64,000 bases of DNA. Source: Malacoraja senta. Lineage: Eukaryota. Made by a program: the position numbers and the translations under genes. The DNA is taken from NCBI GenBank assembly GCA_038087875.1, contig CM075988.1, positions 22,570,001 to 22,634,000 of the forward strand, given 5' to 3'. Shown here one piece after another: positions 11,556-23,260 of this stretch (positions are counted from its first letter, which is position 1; every line of letters starts with the position of its first letter). The notes beneath the pieces were generated by a model, which saw only the letters and a program-made list of their open reading frames with translations, was not told the DNA's origin and did not search any database.

Positions 11556-12523
11556 TAGACAGAGCAACCACGACTAAATATAACACTAATGAATGTACTG
11601 TACATACACTGGGAATGGAACAAGAGCTTTAGCACAGTTTTTGTTTTGTGTATGTTTTTAATTCTGAATAAACTGTATTATTGGAAAAAAAAATGTATTT
11701 TAAATGTTGACATTGTCTTTCATTCACTCTACAGCAAAAATCTACTTGCAAAGAACTTGGCAGCAAAAACCAAACTCAAAACCGTGGATAACATTACAAA
11801 ACACTGCCCCGTAGGAAATCTGAAACCAAGACCGAAACGGCTTTTGCCAGCGATCAGCCGTGCAATTGGATCCAACACACCAGGGAGTGTGGGAGGAAAC
11901 CGGAGCACCCGGAGCACCTGGAGGAAACCCACGTGGTCACGGGGAGAACGCACAAACTCCGTACAGACGGTATCCGTGGTTAGGATCGACCCCGCCGTCT
12001 CCGGCGCTGTAAGGCAGCAACTCTACCGCTGCGCCCACCCAGGTTGAATGAGCAAAGTTATATCGTTGCATTAAACGTTGGACCCTTCATCCTTTATCTT
12101 TGCGCAGTCGGTGGCTTGATTGTTCGAGAAGGAACTGCAGATGCTGGAAAATCGAAGGTAGACAAAAGTGCTGGAGAAACTCAGCGGGTGAGGCAGCATC
12201 TATGGAGAGAAGGAAATAGGCAACGTTTCGGGCCGAAACCCTTCTTCATCAGAAGAAGTGCTGGAGAAACTCAGCGGGTGAGGCAGCATCTATGGAGCGA
12301 AGTAAATAGGCAACGTTTCGTTCCGAAACGTTGCCTATTTCCTTCGCTCCATAGATGCTGCCTCTCCCGCTGAGTTTCTCCAGCACTTTTGTCTACCACC
12401 GATGGCTTGATTGTATTCTGTATAGTCTTTCTTTGGACAGCAGGCAAACAAAAGCTTTGTATCTTGGTACACAAATAATAATATTACCAATGTAAACTCG
12501 CCCCCACCTCCCTCTGTTCCTAC

Positions 12524-12623
12524 CTTCTTTCAAGGGGTAAAAGGGCAGGGCCCCTCCACACGCCTCGTCCTCCGTCTTCACCACCACCACCACATAAAAA
12601 CTGCTGTTTCGGAAATCCTTCCG
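12524..12623 (-). CDS. SIDT2: SIDT2 coding exon 7 ([33 protein letters not shown])
   Basis: tcccaacAG / G|GTAGGA, 100 nt; near-identical to recalled SIDT2 [17 protein letters not shown]. Confidence 0.96.
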
Positions 12624-13208
12624 CTGTTGGGACAGCAACAATGCTTGACGATCATGAAAGGCATGGAAGTCATTGCGTTCACTTTACACACAACCTATCA
12701 ATAATGTCTTATTATTATTAATATTAATGTTTAGTGTTTTCTGAGTCATTCGCAACTGTCACTGTTTGTCATGTTGTTACTTGTGGGAGGAGCACCAAGG
12801 CAAATTCCTTGTATGTGAATACTTGGCCAATAAACGTACTTAATTACTTTATAGAGACACCAAAGGTGACCTTTCCATGGTTGGGGAGATATTCCCCTTG
12901 GGTCACATCTGCAACGCTTGCCACTGGCGATATTCCCCTTCTCATGGTTCATAGTTTATGTTATAGCAGCCATTCGGCCCATCCAGTCTACTCTGCCATT
13001 TCAATCATGGCTGATCTATCTTTCCCTCTCAACCCCATTCTCCCGCCTTCTCCCCTTAACCCCTGACACCCGTACAGATCAAGAAGTCAGTAGTCTTTCT
13101 CATAAATAGCTTTGTCAAGATGAATGGAAGTGAAGAAGGGTCCCGACCCGAGACGTCACCTATCCATGTTCTCCAGAGATGCTAGCTGCTCCGCTGAGTT
13201 ACTCCAGC

Positions 13209-13842
13209 CAGGGGCGGAAAACCCGGGGGGCCAGAGGGGACGTCCCCATGTTTTGAGAGGTGGGGGACATCCCCCGCCAAGTTTTTGTGATCCGTATTTT
13301 AAAATCTCCGCTTTCCGCGAGACAGTGGAGGGGGAACTGATGATCGAGGGCGTGATGATTGGAGGAGGGAGGAGTGGGGGGTGGGACTGAGGATAGAGTG
13401 CGGTGATTGGAGGAGGGAGACGTGGCACAGACCTGCGCCTCATCCGCAAGCAGGGTCGATCCCGGCCGGGTCTCCGGCGCTTTCCCGTCCCCACCCGAGT
13501 GCCCTCCCCCACCCCCACCACGGGTGGCCAGAGAGGTCGGGAGTCAGACGCGAGCTGTGCCCCTGAGGCCCACAGCCAGCTCAGAGAAACAGCTCAACTC
13601 TGCCTGTCCTGCCTGGGCTTGCGGTAAATATGGCCAGCGTGGAGAAGCAGCGCTGGTGTCCTGTCAGCCCAGGCAGAGCTGTAGGTTAACCCGGCGAGAC
13701 AGGCAGAGTTGAGCTGCATTAGCGCTGGATTGAGCCTCCGAAGCCTCGCGCGCGTGTGTGAGTGTGCGCGAATGCGAGCGCGGCCGCCAAAAAAATTGTG
13801 TCCCCCGTCCCCTCCATGTTTTGATAGCGAGTTCCGCTCTTG
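13209..13842. mobile_element. Non-autonomous hAT-like DNA transposon, GC-rich
   Basis: Perfect 8-bp TSD ACTCCAGC (13201-13208 and 13843-13850); imperfect TIR CAGGGGCGGAA / TTCCGCTCTTG; inserted into a Penelope-derived repeat. Confidence 0.85.
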
Positions 13843-14094
13843 ACTCCAGCACTCTGTGTCCATGTTCTCCAGAGATGCTGCCTGACCCGCTGAGTTACTC
13901 CAGCACTCTGTGTCCATGTTCTCCAGAGATGCTGGTTGCCCCGCTGAGTTACTCCAGCAACGTATGTCTATCTTCAATGAGAGGCAGCCTGACCACCTCC
14001 TCTTGACATCCATTGGCATTCGCCGCACTGCATTCCCACCAATATCACCACTGACCAGCAAGCTAATTAGACCAACTGTGTAAACACTATGGTC

Positions 14095-14445
14095 ATTAAA
14101 TGCTGGAGTAACTCAGCGGGCCAGGCAGCATCTCTGGAGAGATGGAATGGGTGACGTTTCTGGTCGAGACTCCGCTTCAGACTGAGAGTCAGGGGAAAGG
14201 GAAACGAGAGATATAGATGATGATGTAGAGAGAGAGAGAGAGAGAGATATAGAACAAATGAATGAAAGATGTGTGAAAAAGTTACCATGATAAAGGAAAC
14301 AGGCCATTGTCAGCTGTTTGCTCGGTGAGAATGAAAAGCTGGTGTGGCAGGGGAGGGTGGGGGAGGGATGGAGAGAGAGGGAATGCAGGGGTTACTTGAA
14401 GTTAGAGAAATCAATATTCATACCACTGCGTTGTAAGCTGCAAGC
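14095..14445 (-). mobile_element. Penelope-like element 3' part (end of GIY-YIG ORF to terminal repeat)
   Basis: Homologous to 20244-20822. Confidence 0.7.
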
Positions 14446-15056
14446 TGTAAACGCTATGATCACAAAAACTGATTTGTGGCTGTGTCTCACTGCGGCAGCA
14501 ACTTCACAACAAACTGCTTGATTAACCCCCAATGTTACCACTGCTTTTCAATCAAGATGGATTGGGATCACACTGGAGAAGCAGTGTGAACCAAATACCC
14601 ACTGGGGAAGATTTGAACACGTCCCATCAATATCTGCAATGCTGGCACCACGGGGTAAATGCAATCTTTAGAGAAACCGTGTGGAAACAGGCCCTTCAGC
14701 CCATCAACCATCTCCCTACCAGCACAATCCTACACACTAGGGGCAACTCAAGCCAATTAACCTACAAACCTGTACGTATTTGGAGCGTGGGAGGAAACCA
14801 GAGCACCCGGGGAAACCCCGGCGCAGCGGTAGAGATTCTGCCCTCACAGCGCCAGAGACCCGGGTTCGATCCTGACTAAGGGTGCTGTCTGTATGGAGTT
14901 TGTACCTTCTCCCCGTGACCGTGTGGGTTTTCTCCGGGTGCTCCGGTTTCCTCACACGTGCCGAAGACGCGCAGGTTTGTTGGTTAACTGGCTTTAGTAA
15001 AAGTAACCCTGGTTATTAGTTTAGTAAAACTGCCCCGAGTGTGCGGAATGGTGAAA

Positions 15057-15365
15057 AGGGCCTGTCCTACTGTACGAGGTAATTCAAGAGCTCTCCCCAG
15101 TTAAAAAAAAAAATCAAACTCGTGGTAAGCACGTAGAATGTACGTAGCGGGTACGTCGGAGCTCGGCGACGTCTCTTAGCGGCTCGTAATGCTAACGGCA
15201 GGTACTGGGGAAACGCGGTAAGCTCGTGAAGATTTTGCAACATGTTGAAAAATGTCCACGAGAGCCCCGAGTACCTACGAGCGGCTATTACCGTAATTCT
15301 CCGAGTTCGAATCAGGGGAAACACGGGAGAACTCTTGAATTAGCTTGTACAGTGGGACAGGCCCT
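15057..15365. mobile_element. Harbinger-like MITE inserted in a V-SINE (SINE about 14817-15437, plus strand)
   Basis: TIR AGGGCCTGTCC(T/C)ACTGTAC...GTACAGTGGGACAGGCCCT. Confidence 0.8.
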
Positions 15366-15581
15366 TTAGTGCGCTGGTCAGCGCAGACTCGGTGGACCGA
15401 AGGGCCTGTTTCTGCACTGTATCTCTAAAGTCTAAAGATTGGACCTGTGGGCCAAGGGTGGGACTTCATACCACTACCTCCTGACTAGAAGCAAGGGGGC
15501 TGGCTACCAATTCAGCCAAGGAAGTACACACACTGGTTTTCAACACCAACGCAGGTTACTCATGCAAGCAGTGTAGTTTAC

Positions 15582-15665
15582 CTGTATGGTTATGGCTCCT
15601 TTCTTTGTCATGGTTTGATAGGTACCACTAAACGCGACATTGTTGTCTAGGTCATTGACAGGACA
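15582..15665 (-). CDS. SIDT2: SIDT2 coding exon 6 ([28 protein letters not shown])
   Basis: tttcttccAG / CAG|GTAAAC, 84 nt; SID-1 family motif CPVxDLD...YQTMTKK. Confidence 0.96.
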
Positions 15666-16596
15666 CTGGAAGAAATACAAAGTGACGAACATTAGCAAAT
15701 AAACTCCCAATCCAAAGAGACTCTAGTTTTTAAAGAAGATCCCCAGCTCCTGGCAATTCCACACTTTTAATGCATTCCTCCATACCTTACGATTAATGTT
15801 CTCTAATTTCATAATTTCCGCAATTCTATTTTTTTTCTTACATGGGGAGAAGGAGGAGAATGGGGTTGAGAGGGGAAGATAGATCAGCCATGAATGAATG
15901 GCGGAGTAGACTCGATGGGCTGAATGGCCTAATTCTGTTCCTAGAACATAATAGGAGGCCATTCAGCCTTTCAAATCCCTGCCAGCTCTTAGTCCTATTC
16001 CCATGCTTGTTTCCCTATAATGTATTCCCTCTCGAGTGCCCACCAACTCTCCCCGATTCTCCTTCCACCCGTCTACTGAAGCGTCACAGGAGATCGGGAT
16101 CAATCCCAGGTCCCCGGAACCGGGGAACAGCAGCACTACCTGCTGCACTACTCCGCGCTGTTCAAGAAGCCAGCGACGGGGCACTGGCTGCTCGACTGTT
16201 AACTGGGCAGCACCGAGCTTTGACAAACAGTCAACATTAACTTGGTTAAAAGAACTAGACAACAGGACATATTAACAATAAACACTCCACCTTAAGGAGA
16301 GAAACAAAAATGATCCAGACCCACAAAAATCCAGCCCTCTTCTGCCCGATTTTACAAAAAAAATCATTCACAGCTTGGAATGTTTCAAAACTCACTCTCA
16401 GTGATTACTGAAAGAAAGAGAACTGTATCATTCTCTTTCAGGTGATCTTCTTGTCCCTTTACATAAAATGTTTCAAGAGTCAAGAATGTTTAAATGCCAT
16501 ATGTACCTAATGTGAACGATGAAATTCTTCCTTGCAGCAGCATAACACCTCAGCAAACACAGTATCCAATAGATAATATCATTAAAAAAAAGCTCA

Positions 16597-17222
16597 ATGG
16601 AGTATTATGTGCATTTTTGGTCCCCTAATTTGAGGAAGGACATTCTTGCTATTGAGGGAGTGCAGCGTAGGTTTACAAGGTTAATTCCCGGGATGGCGGA
16701 ACTGTCATATGCTGAGAGAATGGAGCGGCTGGGCTTGTACACTCTGGAGTTTAGAAGGATGAGAGGATATCTCATTGAAACATATAAGATTGTTAAGGGC
16801 TTGGACACGCTAGAGGCAGGAAACATGTTCCCGATGTTGGGGGAGTCCAGAACCAGGGGCCACAGTTTAAGAATAAGGAGTAAGCCATTTAGAACGGAGA
16901 CGAGGAAACACTTTTTCTCACAGAGAGAGGTGAGTCTGTGGAATTCTCTGCCACAGAGGGCGGTGGAGGCGGGTTCTCTGGATACTTTCAAGAGAGAGCT
17001 AGATAGGGCTCTTAAAAATAGCGGAGTCAGGGGATATGGGGAGAAGGCAGGAACGGGGTACTGATTGGGGATGATCAGCCATGATCACATTGAATGGCGG
17101 TGCTGGCTCGAAGGGCCGAATGGCCTACTCCTGCACCTATTGTCTCTTGAAAGCTCTCTCTTGAAAGCATCCAGAGAACCTGCCTCCTCCACCGCCCTCT
17201 GAGACAGAGAATTCCACAGACT
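16597..17222 (+). mobile_element. CR1/HER1-like 3' fragment followed by a short inverted piece (17146-17222)
   Basis: ORF 16597-17064. Confidence 0.9.
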
Positions 17223-17279
17223 CGCAAGAATTATGCAAGACCCTGGCGCGGGACACTGACTCTGATGCTCCCCACTCAC

Positions 17280-17381
17280 CAGAACATCCTGAATCGAGAG
17301 GACGGAACAGGGAAACACGGAATCCGAGGTCACTTTCACGATTACGGACTCCTCACCGTCAGAAAACGTGTACCTAAAGTA
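17280..17381 (-). CDS. SIDT2: SIDT2 coding exon 5 ([34 protein letters not shown])
   Basis: ttcaccctcAG / CTG|GTGAGT, 102 nt. Confidence 0.96.
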
Positions 17382-17455
17382 CTGAGGGTGAACAGGAGGG
17401 AGACAATGATGACATCGTAAACTCATCACAGTAGACATCCCAACTTGACATTAGT

Positions 17456-17687
17456 TTACTTGTGGGTCTGCAGATGTCTGTAGAGGCGGATCCGCGATCC
17501 ACACACCTTGGTGCAACGTGGGCAGTGGAGACTGGCGGTGGTTGGTAGTCGTCGAGCCCCCTTTGACTCCACTGGTGTGTGGATCACGGATCGGCCTCTA
17601 CAGACATCCGCAGACCCACAAGTAGACGACCCTATGGAGAGGGGAGGACGGTCATACTGGTTTCGAGTGACCGCCGACGATGATGAC
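17456..17687. mobile_element. RTE-clade LINE 3' end with inverted 5' segment
   Basis: Minus strand CPRCTKVCGSRIRLYRHLQTHK* (C2H2-like ORF end); plus-strand copy of the same ORF end, 3'UTR and (GAT)n tail. Confidence 0.7.
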
Positions 17688-17699
17688 ATTCGTTTAAGG

Positions 17700-18085
17700 C
17701 AGACTCAAAATGCCGGAGTAACTCAGCGGGTGAGGCAGCATCTCTGGAGAGAAGGAATGGGTAACGTTTCGGGTTGAAACCCATCTTCAGACTGAGAGTC
17801 AGGGGAGAGGGAGACTTAGAGATAAGGAAGGGCAAGGTGTGAAAACACAGATCAATGAGGACGTTGATCAAGGAAATGTAAAATGTTATATTGTTAGCTG
17901 AGGGGAAGGTGATAACGAGGTGTATAATCGGTAATATTTAATCAGGACGAGTCGGAGAACTGGGATGGGGTAGGGACGGAGAGAGAGGGAATGCAAGGGT
18001 AATAGAGTTAGAGAAATCAATATTCATACCGCTGGGGTGTAAGCTGCCGAAGCAGAATATGAGGTGCTGTTCCTCCAATTTGCAA
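17700..18085 (-). mobile_element. Penelope-like element 3' part
   Basis: Minus strand encodes KLEEQHLIFCFGSLHPSGMNIDFSN, followed by the terminal repeat. Confidence 0.75.
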
Positions 18086-18369
18086 CAGCTTCCTGACCGG
18101 GGGAGATAGTCAGAGTGTTTTTCTCCTCTGAGACAAAAACTTCAAATACTTGGGAACATAGAATTAAACGGTGAGGAGGAAAGTTTAAAAGAGGTGTTTT
18201 TTTCCCCCAAACACATTGTATTTTTTAACTCATTGTAGCTATTTTTTTTAAAGTACAAAATCCCACAGCCGCACCACCCGCTGCCCGCTCGGAGACGGTG
18301 AACAGAGGGGAAATTCTCCCTGGAGGATTCTCAGCGCAGGTCCTTACAATATTACGTGTCTGTCCTTAC

Positions 18370-18415
18370 CTGCGGTTGAGACGGCGTTGCGTTAAACTTG
18401 AACGGTTCTGCAGTT
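18370..18415 (-). CDS. SIDT2: SIDT2 coding exon 4 (G TAEPFKFNATPSQPQ)
   Basis: tttatccaacAG / CAG|GTAAGG, 46 nt, phase 2-0. Confidence 0.93.
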
Positions 18416-18590
18416 CTGTTGGATAAATGAATATAAAATGTTTAGGGCATTATTCAGACACGAGTCTCACCAGCTGTTATACAAAATCAAACAGTTTATT
18501 TTGGGCGCTTAGTTTAGTTTAGAGATACAGCGCGGAAACAGGCCCTTGGCCCCACCCAGTCCGCGCCGACCTGCGATCTCCGCACATTAA

Positions 18591-18818
18591 AGGGCCTGTC
18601 CCACTTGGGTGTCATTTGCGCGTCACGCAGGTGGCGCGCGAAGATTTTGTGAATCCCAAAATCCTGGGGCACCGCGCGTCACTGACTATGTCACCACGCA
18701 CCATGCGCGCGTAATGCACGCCATCACGTGCGCGTCACGGCGCGCACGTCGTGCGTTTTGACTCATAAATGATGTCGCGTAAATGACGTGCAAATGACAC
18801 CCAAGTGGGACAGGCCCT
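18591..18818. mobile_element. Harbinger-like MITE inserted in a V-SINE (SINE about 18509-19046, minus strand)
   Basis: TIR AGGGCCTGTCCCACTTGGGTGTCATTTGC, flanks TAA/TTA. Confidence 0.85.
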
Positions 18819-19284
18819 TTACACTATCCGACACACACTGGGAAACAGCTACAATTTTACCGATGCCAATTAACCTACAAACCTGGACGTCTTTGGAGTG
18901 TGGGTGGAAACCGGAGCACCCGGAGTAAACCCAGACAGGTCACGGGGAGAAGGTACAAACTCCGAACAGACAGCACCCCGCAGTCAGGATTGAACGTGGG
19001 TCTCTGGCACTGTAGGGTTGCAACTCTACCGCTGCGCCACCGTGCCGTGTTTGTAGATATATTTTTAAAAGGGAATCAGGAACATTGGGAAAGAAGGAGC
19101 CAGGCCCTTGACTCTGTGCCAGGCCCAGAGTATGATAATGATCAAATCCTGCTACCTGCCACCATTGTACAGGTTTGCTGCACAAAACATTCGCTTGTTT
19201 CCTCTAAAGGAGGGTCCCGACCCGATGAGTCATCTATTCACATCCTCCAGAGTTGCTGTCTGAAGAGCTGAGTTACTCCAGCAA

Positions 19285-19915
19285 AGAGTCACACAACGTG
19301 GATACAAACCCTTCCAGCCACCTTGCCCACACCGACCAACACACCCCATCTACACTAGTCCCACCTGCCTGTTCGTGGCCCAGATATCCTTTGAAACCTA
19401 TCCTATCCGTGTAGCTGTCTAAATGTTTTTTTAAACCTGTGATAGTACTTGCCTCAACTAGTTCTTCCAGCAACTCGTTCCATACCCTGACCACCCTTTG
19501 TGTAAATAAAGTTACCCCTAACCATGATCCTCTGGTTCTCAATTCCCATGCAAGTGACTCTGTGCATTTACCCGATCTATTCCTCTCATGATTTTTGCAC
19601 AACTCTAATAGATCAACCCTCATCCTCCTGCGCTCCAAGGAATAAAGACCTATCCGTTCACTTGTACCAGTTTCCTATTACGGAGACCACAGCAAAATGA
19701 CAGAAGTCTCTGCCTCAGAGGGCGGTGGAGGCCGGTTCTCTGGATGCTTTCAAGAGAGAGCTAGATAGGGCTCTTAAAGATAGCGGAGTCAGGGGATATG
19801 GGGAGAAGGCAGGAACGGGGTACTGATTGGGGATGATCAGCCATGATCACATTGAATGGCGGTGCTGGCTCGAAGGGCCGAATGGCCTACTCCTGAACCT
19901 ATTGTCTATCGTCTA
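19285..19915. mobile_element. CR1 fragments (minus strand about 19285-19655; plus strand 19707-19915)
   Basis: ORF 19273-19638 has FTQRVVRVWNEL; HER1-like 3' end. Confidence 0.75.
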
Positions 19916-19969
19916 AGTCCTAAACCTAATGGACACGGAGTTCTAGCCGATGATACTGCGCCACTTTAC

Positions 19970-20134
19970 CCGAGGATGAAGTGCTTGATGCGTTTGACGT
20001 AGAGTTGGACGGAGGCGTTCTTTTCCGACAGGGTGGAGACATCCACATAGAAGTACTGCATCTGCAATTCACTCTTCACCTCCGATTGACAAAGTGTGCG
20101 ACTCACATCCTGGTAGATGTATTTCCTCTGGTAC
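19970..20134 (-). CDS. SIDT2: SIDT2 coding exon 3 (L YQRKYIYQDVSRTLCQSEVKSELQMQYFYVDVSTLSEKNASVQLYVKRIKHFIL)
   Basis: tctttctgcAG / GG|GTAAAG, 165 nt, phase 2-2. Confidence 0.96.
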
Positions 20135-20243
20135 CTGCAGAAAGATACAGTGAGGCAGGCTACGCCACGACTTAACAGCACGGTAACAGCTTTAGTGAAC
20201 CTCGCAGTGTGTGGGAGAAACCTCGGAGAGAGAGGACCAAGCA

Positions 20244-20822
20244 GCCAGAGTGAAGCCCAACGCAAATTGGAGGAACAGCATCTCATATTCCGCTTGGGCA
20301 GCTTACAACCCAGCGGTACGAACATTGATTTCTCTAACCCTTGCTTTCCCTCTCTCTACATCCCTCCCCCACCCAAGTTTCATTATCGCCCTGTTCAACT
20401 TCACATTCTGTATAACTCATTATCACCCTGTTGTGTTTCGGCTGTTGTAAATAACTGAAGCCTTACACCAAGATAAAGGTCCCAAAGACTTTATTAACTA
20501 CATAGGAAGTACGACTTCACACTTGCACGTCTCTAACTCTAAGGGAACCAGGCAAGGAGGGTTACTGTAAAGCTAGTGGGCGTAACTACAAAAACATGAC
20601 TCATAACATGAGTGACACTGATCTACATCACCTCCCCCACAGCCAACAATGGACCATTGTGGGCTCCGCCTTTCCTTGCTCATCGTTGCTTTTTGCGTAT
20701 CTTTCATTCATCTGTTCTGTGTACCGTCTATATCTCTCCTTTCCCTCTCCCCTGACTCTCAGTCTGAAGAAGGGTCTCGACTTGAAACGTCGCCTATTCC
20801 TTTTTCTTCAAAGATGCTGCCT
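20244..20822 (+). mobile_element. Penelope-like element 3' part: GIY-YIG endonuclease C-terminus, spacer and terminal repeat with hammerhead core
   Basis: QSEAQRKLEEQHLIFRLGSLQPSGTNIDFSN resembles the GIY-YIG end of Penelope ORFs; CTGAAGA...GAAACGTC at about 20764-20791. Confidence 0.75.
20429..20630 (-). mobile_element. Candidate solo LTR (~200 bp) inside the Penelope fragment
   Basis: TGTTGT...ACATCA termini; AATAAA on minus strand; absent from other Penelope copies; no clean TSD. Confidence 0.4.
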
Positions 20823-21940
20823 TCCCTCCATAATCTTTGACGCCCGTATCTATCAAGAACCTTTCTAAACTCCGCTTTAAAAATACCCAACGACTTGGCC
20901 TCAACAGCAGTCTGTGGCAATAATAGCGGCATCAATTATACTGTGAGCGTGCAGGATTTTGAGAGTGACAGAATGGCCAGTAATGGGTCTTTAATTAATC
21001 CGCACGGTACTTTTGAACCTAGTTGCCAGGTCTGAGATGTTTGGATGCCATCAGACTGTTTCTGGTTGAACATGTGGCATTGTTGATGCATTATTCATCC
21101 TGCTCCACTGATGAACTGCTGCAGTTCAAACAGAATATACTTCGTAACAGCCCGAGGCACTAAGGCCTCTTGCCTGCTTTCCAAGGAGCAGAGAGGAGAG
21201 GTTCGTGTGGGAAGCGAGAAAAACTGAAGCGGCAAAGGATTGGGCAGAGCAAGTCAGCCCAACTTGCCCCTGCCGACCAAGATGCCCCCCTCTCAGCTTG
21301 TCCCAGTTGCCTGCCTTTGGCTCTGATCCCTCCAACCCTTTACAATTTTAGACATCGAGACAGGTACATGGATAGGACAAGTTTAGAGGGATATGGGCCA
21401 AACGCAGGTAGGTGGGACTCGTGTAGATGGGACATGTTGGCCGGTGTGGGCAAGTTGGGCCGAAGGGCCTGTTTCCACACCGTAAGACTCTATGACTCTA
21501 TAATGTAATGATTCAGTTATATTTTATTGTCATGTGTACATGGGTACACATATTCTTTGTTTCTGCTTACAACCCGGGAAGAGAAATCAATGTTCATATA
21601 GCAGACCTCACCTGGGCATTTCACAAAGTGTCACCACATATCTGGAGATGGCAAAGTTACAAAAAGCTCCTCCAATAGTCTGATCTTCCCGCAGCGGTGA
21701 ACCGGGCCCGGCGCCAGCACGCACGCGGGATTCTCGGATTTGCATTCACAAAGTATGCAAAGAGTGGTCGCCACTTATAGGGTGCTGGCAAGGTCACAAG
21801 TGTCCCGTTAGGTCCCCATTGTTCCCAAGATTACAAGATGACGGGGGCCCACGGATTAAAAGCAGCACAGGGGGTTTACCAGCGACGGGGAGGGGCGGGA
21901 AGGTGGGCTTACACGGGGGGGGGGCTCTAGCAATACTCAC

Positions 21941-22062
21941 AGTCCCCTGAGCATGAGTGGTGCCTGGAAGGAGACCACCGCTTTCTGCTGCCGGATCACG
22001 AAGAGCACGGGGTTTTTGGCTTGCTCAGAGATAACGTTAACATGGACACGCACCCCCTCTGT
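21941..22062 (-). CDS. SIDT2: SIDT2 coding exon 2 ([40 protein letters not shown])
   Basis: tcccttctgcAG / CT|GTGAGT, 122 nt, phase 0-2. Confidence 0.96.
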
Positions 22063-22284
22063 CTGCAGAAGGGACAGAACACAGTTAATTCACACACACA
22101 CTGAACACTAATCCCTTTCACAGACCACCCGTGGCTTCAGACTCTATCAGCGACAACAGGGGCCCCCACCTTTCTCAACCCTAACAATAGACAATAGGTG
22201 CAGGAGTAGGCCATTCGGCCCTTCGAGCCAGCACCTTTTCGCTGTACCTCGGTGCACGTGACAATAAACTAGTCTGAAACGTCA

Positions 22285-22512
22285 AGGGCCTGTCCCACTT
22301 GGCGATATTTTCGGCAACTGCCGGCATCATTGACTGACGTATCAGGTCAATGAAAAATTCGCGGGGTGTCGACGTATTGGCGCGCGGTGTTTTTTCAAGC
22401 GTCGCAACATTTTTTTTTGTCGCCGCTGGATTTTGAAATGTTCAAAATCTTTTGGCGACACTGATATGACGCCGGCAGTCGCCGAAAAAAATCGCCAAGT
22501 GGGACAGGCCCT
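22285..22512. mobile_element. Harbinger-like MITE inserted in a Penelope-derived repeat
   Basis: TIR AGGGCCTGTCCCACTTGGCGAT, flanks TCA/TTA. Confidence 0.85.
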
Positions 22513-22760
22513 TTACCCATCCTTTATCTCCAGAGATGCTGCCCGACCAGCTGAGTTGCTCCAGTACTTTGCATGTATCGAAACTAAACTTTTCCACACA
22601 GTCAAATACATACCGCAACCCACCGTGGAATGCTTAAAGATACAGCACAGGAACAGGCCCTTCAGCCCACAATGTTCGTGCCGAACATGATGACAAACGA
22701 AATGAATCTCCTATGTCTGCACATGATCCATATCCCTCCATTCCCGACATAGCCACGTGA

Positions 22761-23260
22761 CAATAGACAATAGGTGCAGGAGCAGGCCATTCGGCCCTTC
22801 GAGCCAGCAACGCCATTCAATGTGATCATGGCTGATCATCCCCAGTCAGTACCCCGTTCCTGCCTTCTCCCCATATCCCCTGACTCCGCTATTTTTAAGA
22901 GCCCTATCTAGCTCACTCTTGAAAGCATCCAGAGAACCTGCCTCCACCGTCCTCTGAGGCAGAGAATTCCACAGACTCACCACTCTCTGTGAGAAAAAGT
23001 GTTTCCTCGTCTCCGTTCTAAATGGCTTACTCCTTATTCTTACACTGTGGCCCGTGGTTCTGGACTCCCCCAACATCGGGAACATGTTTCCTGCCTCTAG
23101 CGTGTCCAAGCCCTTGTGCTTGTCTATACATTTCGTAAACGCCACTATCGGATCTGCCTCAGCCACCACCTCTGGCAGCGTGTTCCAGGCACCCATCACC
23201 CTCTGTGTAAAAACAAAGGTGCCCCACACATCAACTTCAAACTTTGCCCCTTTCAACTAA
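22761..23260 (-). mobile_element. CR1/HER1-like fragment (22761-23115) joined to an older CR1 fragment
   Basis: ORF 22846-23256. Confidence 0.85.
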
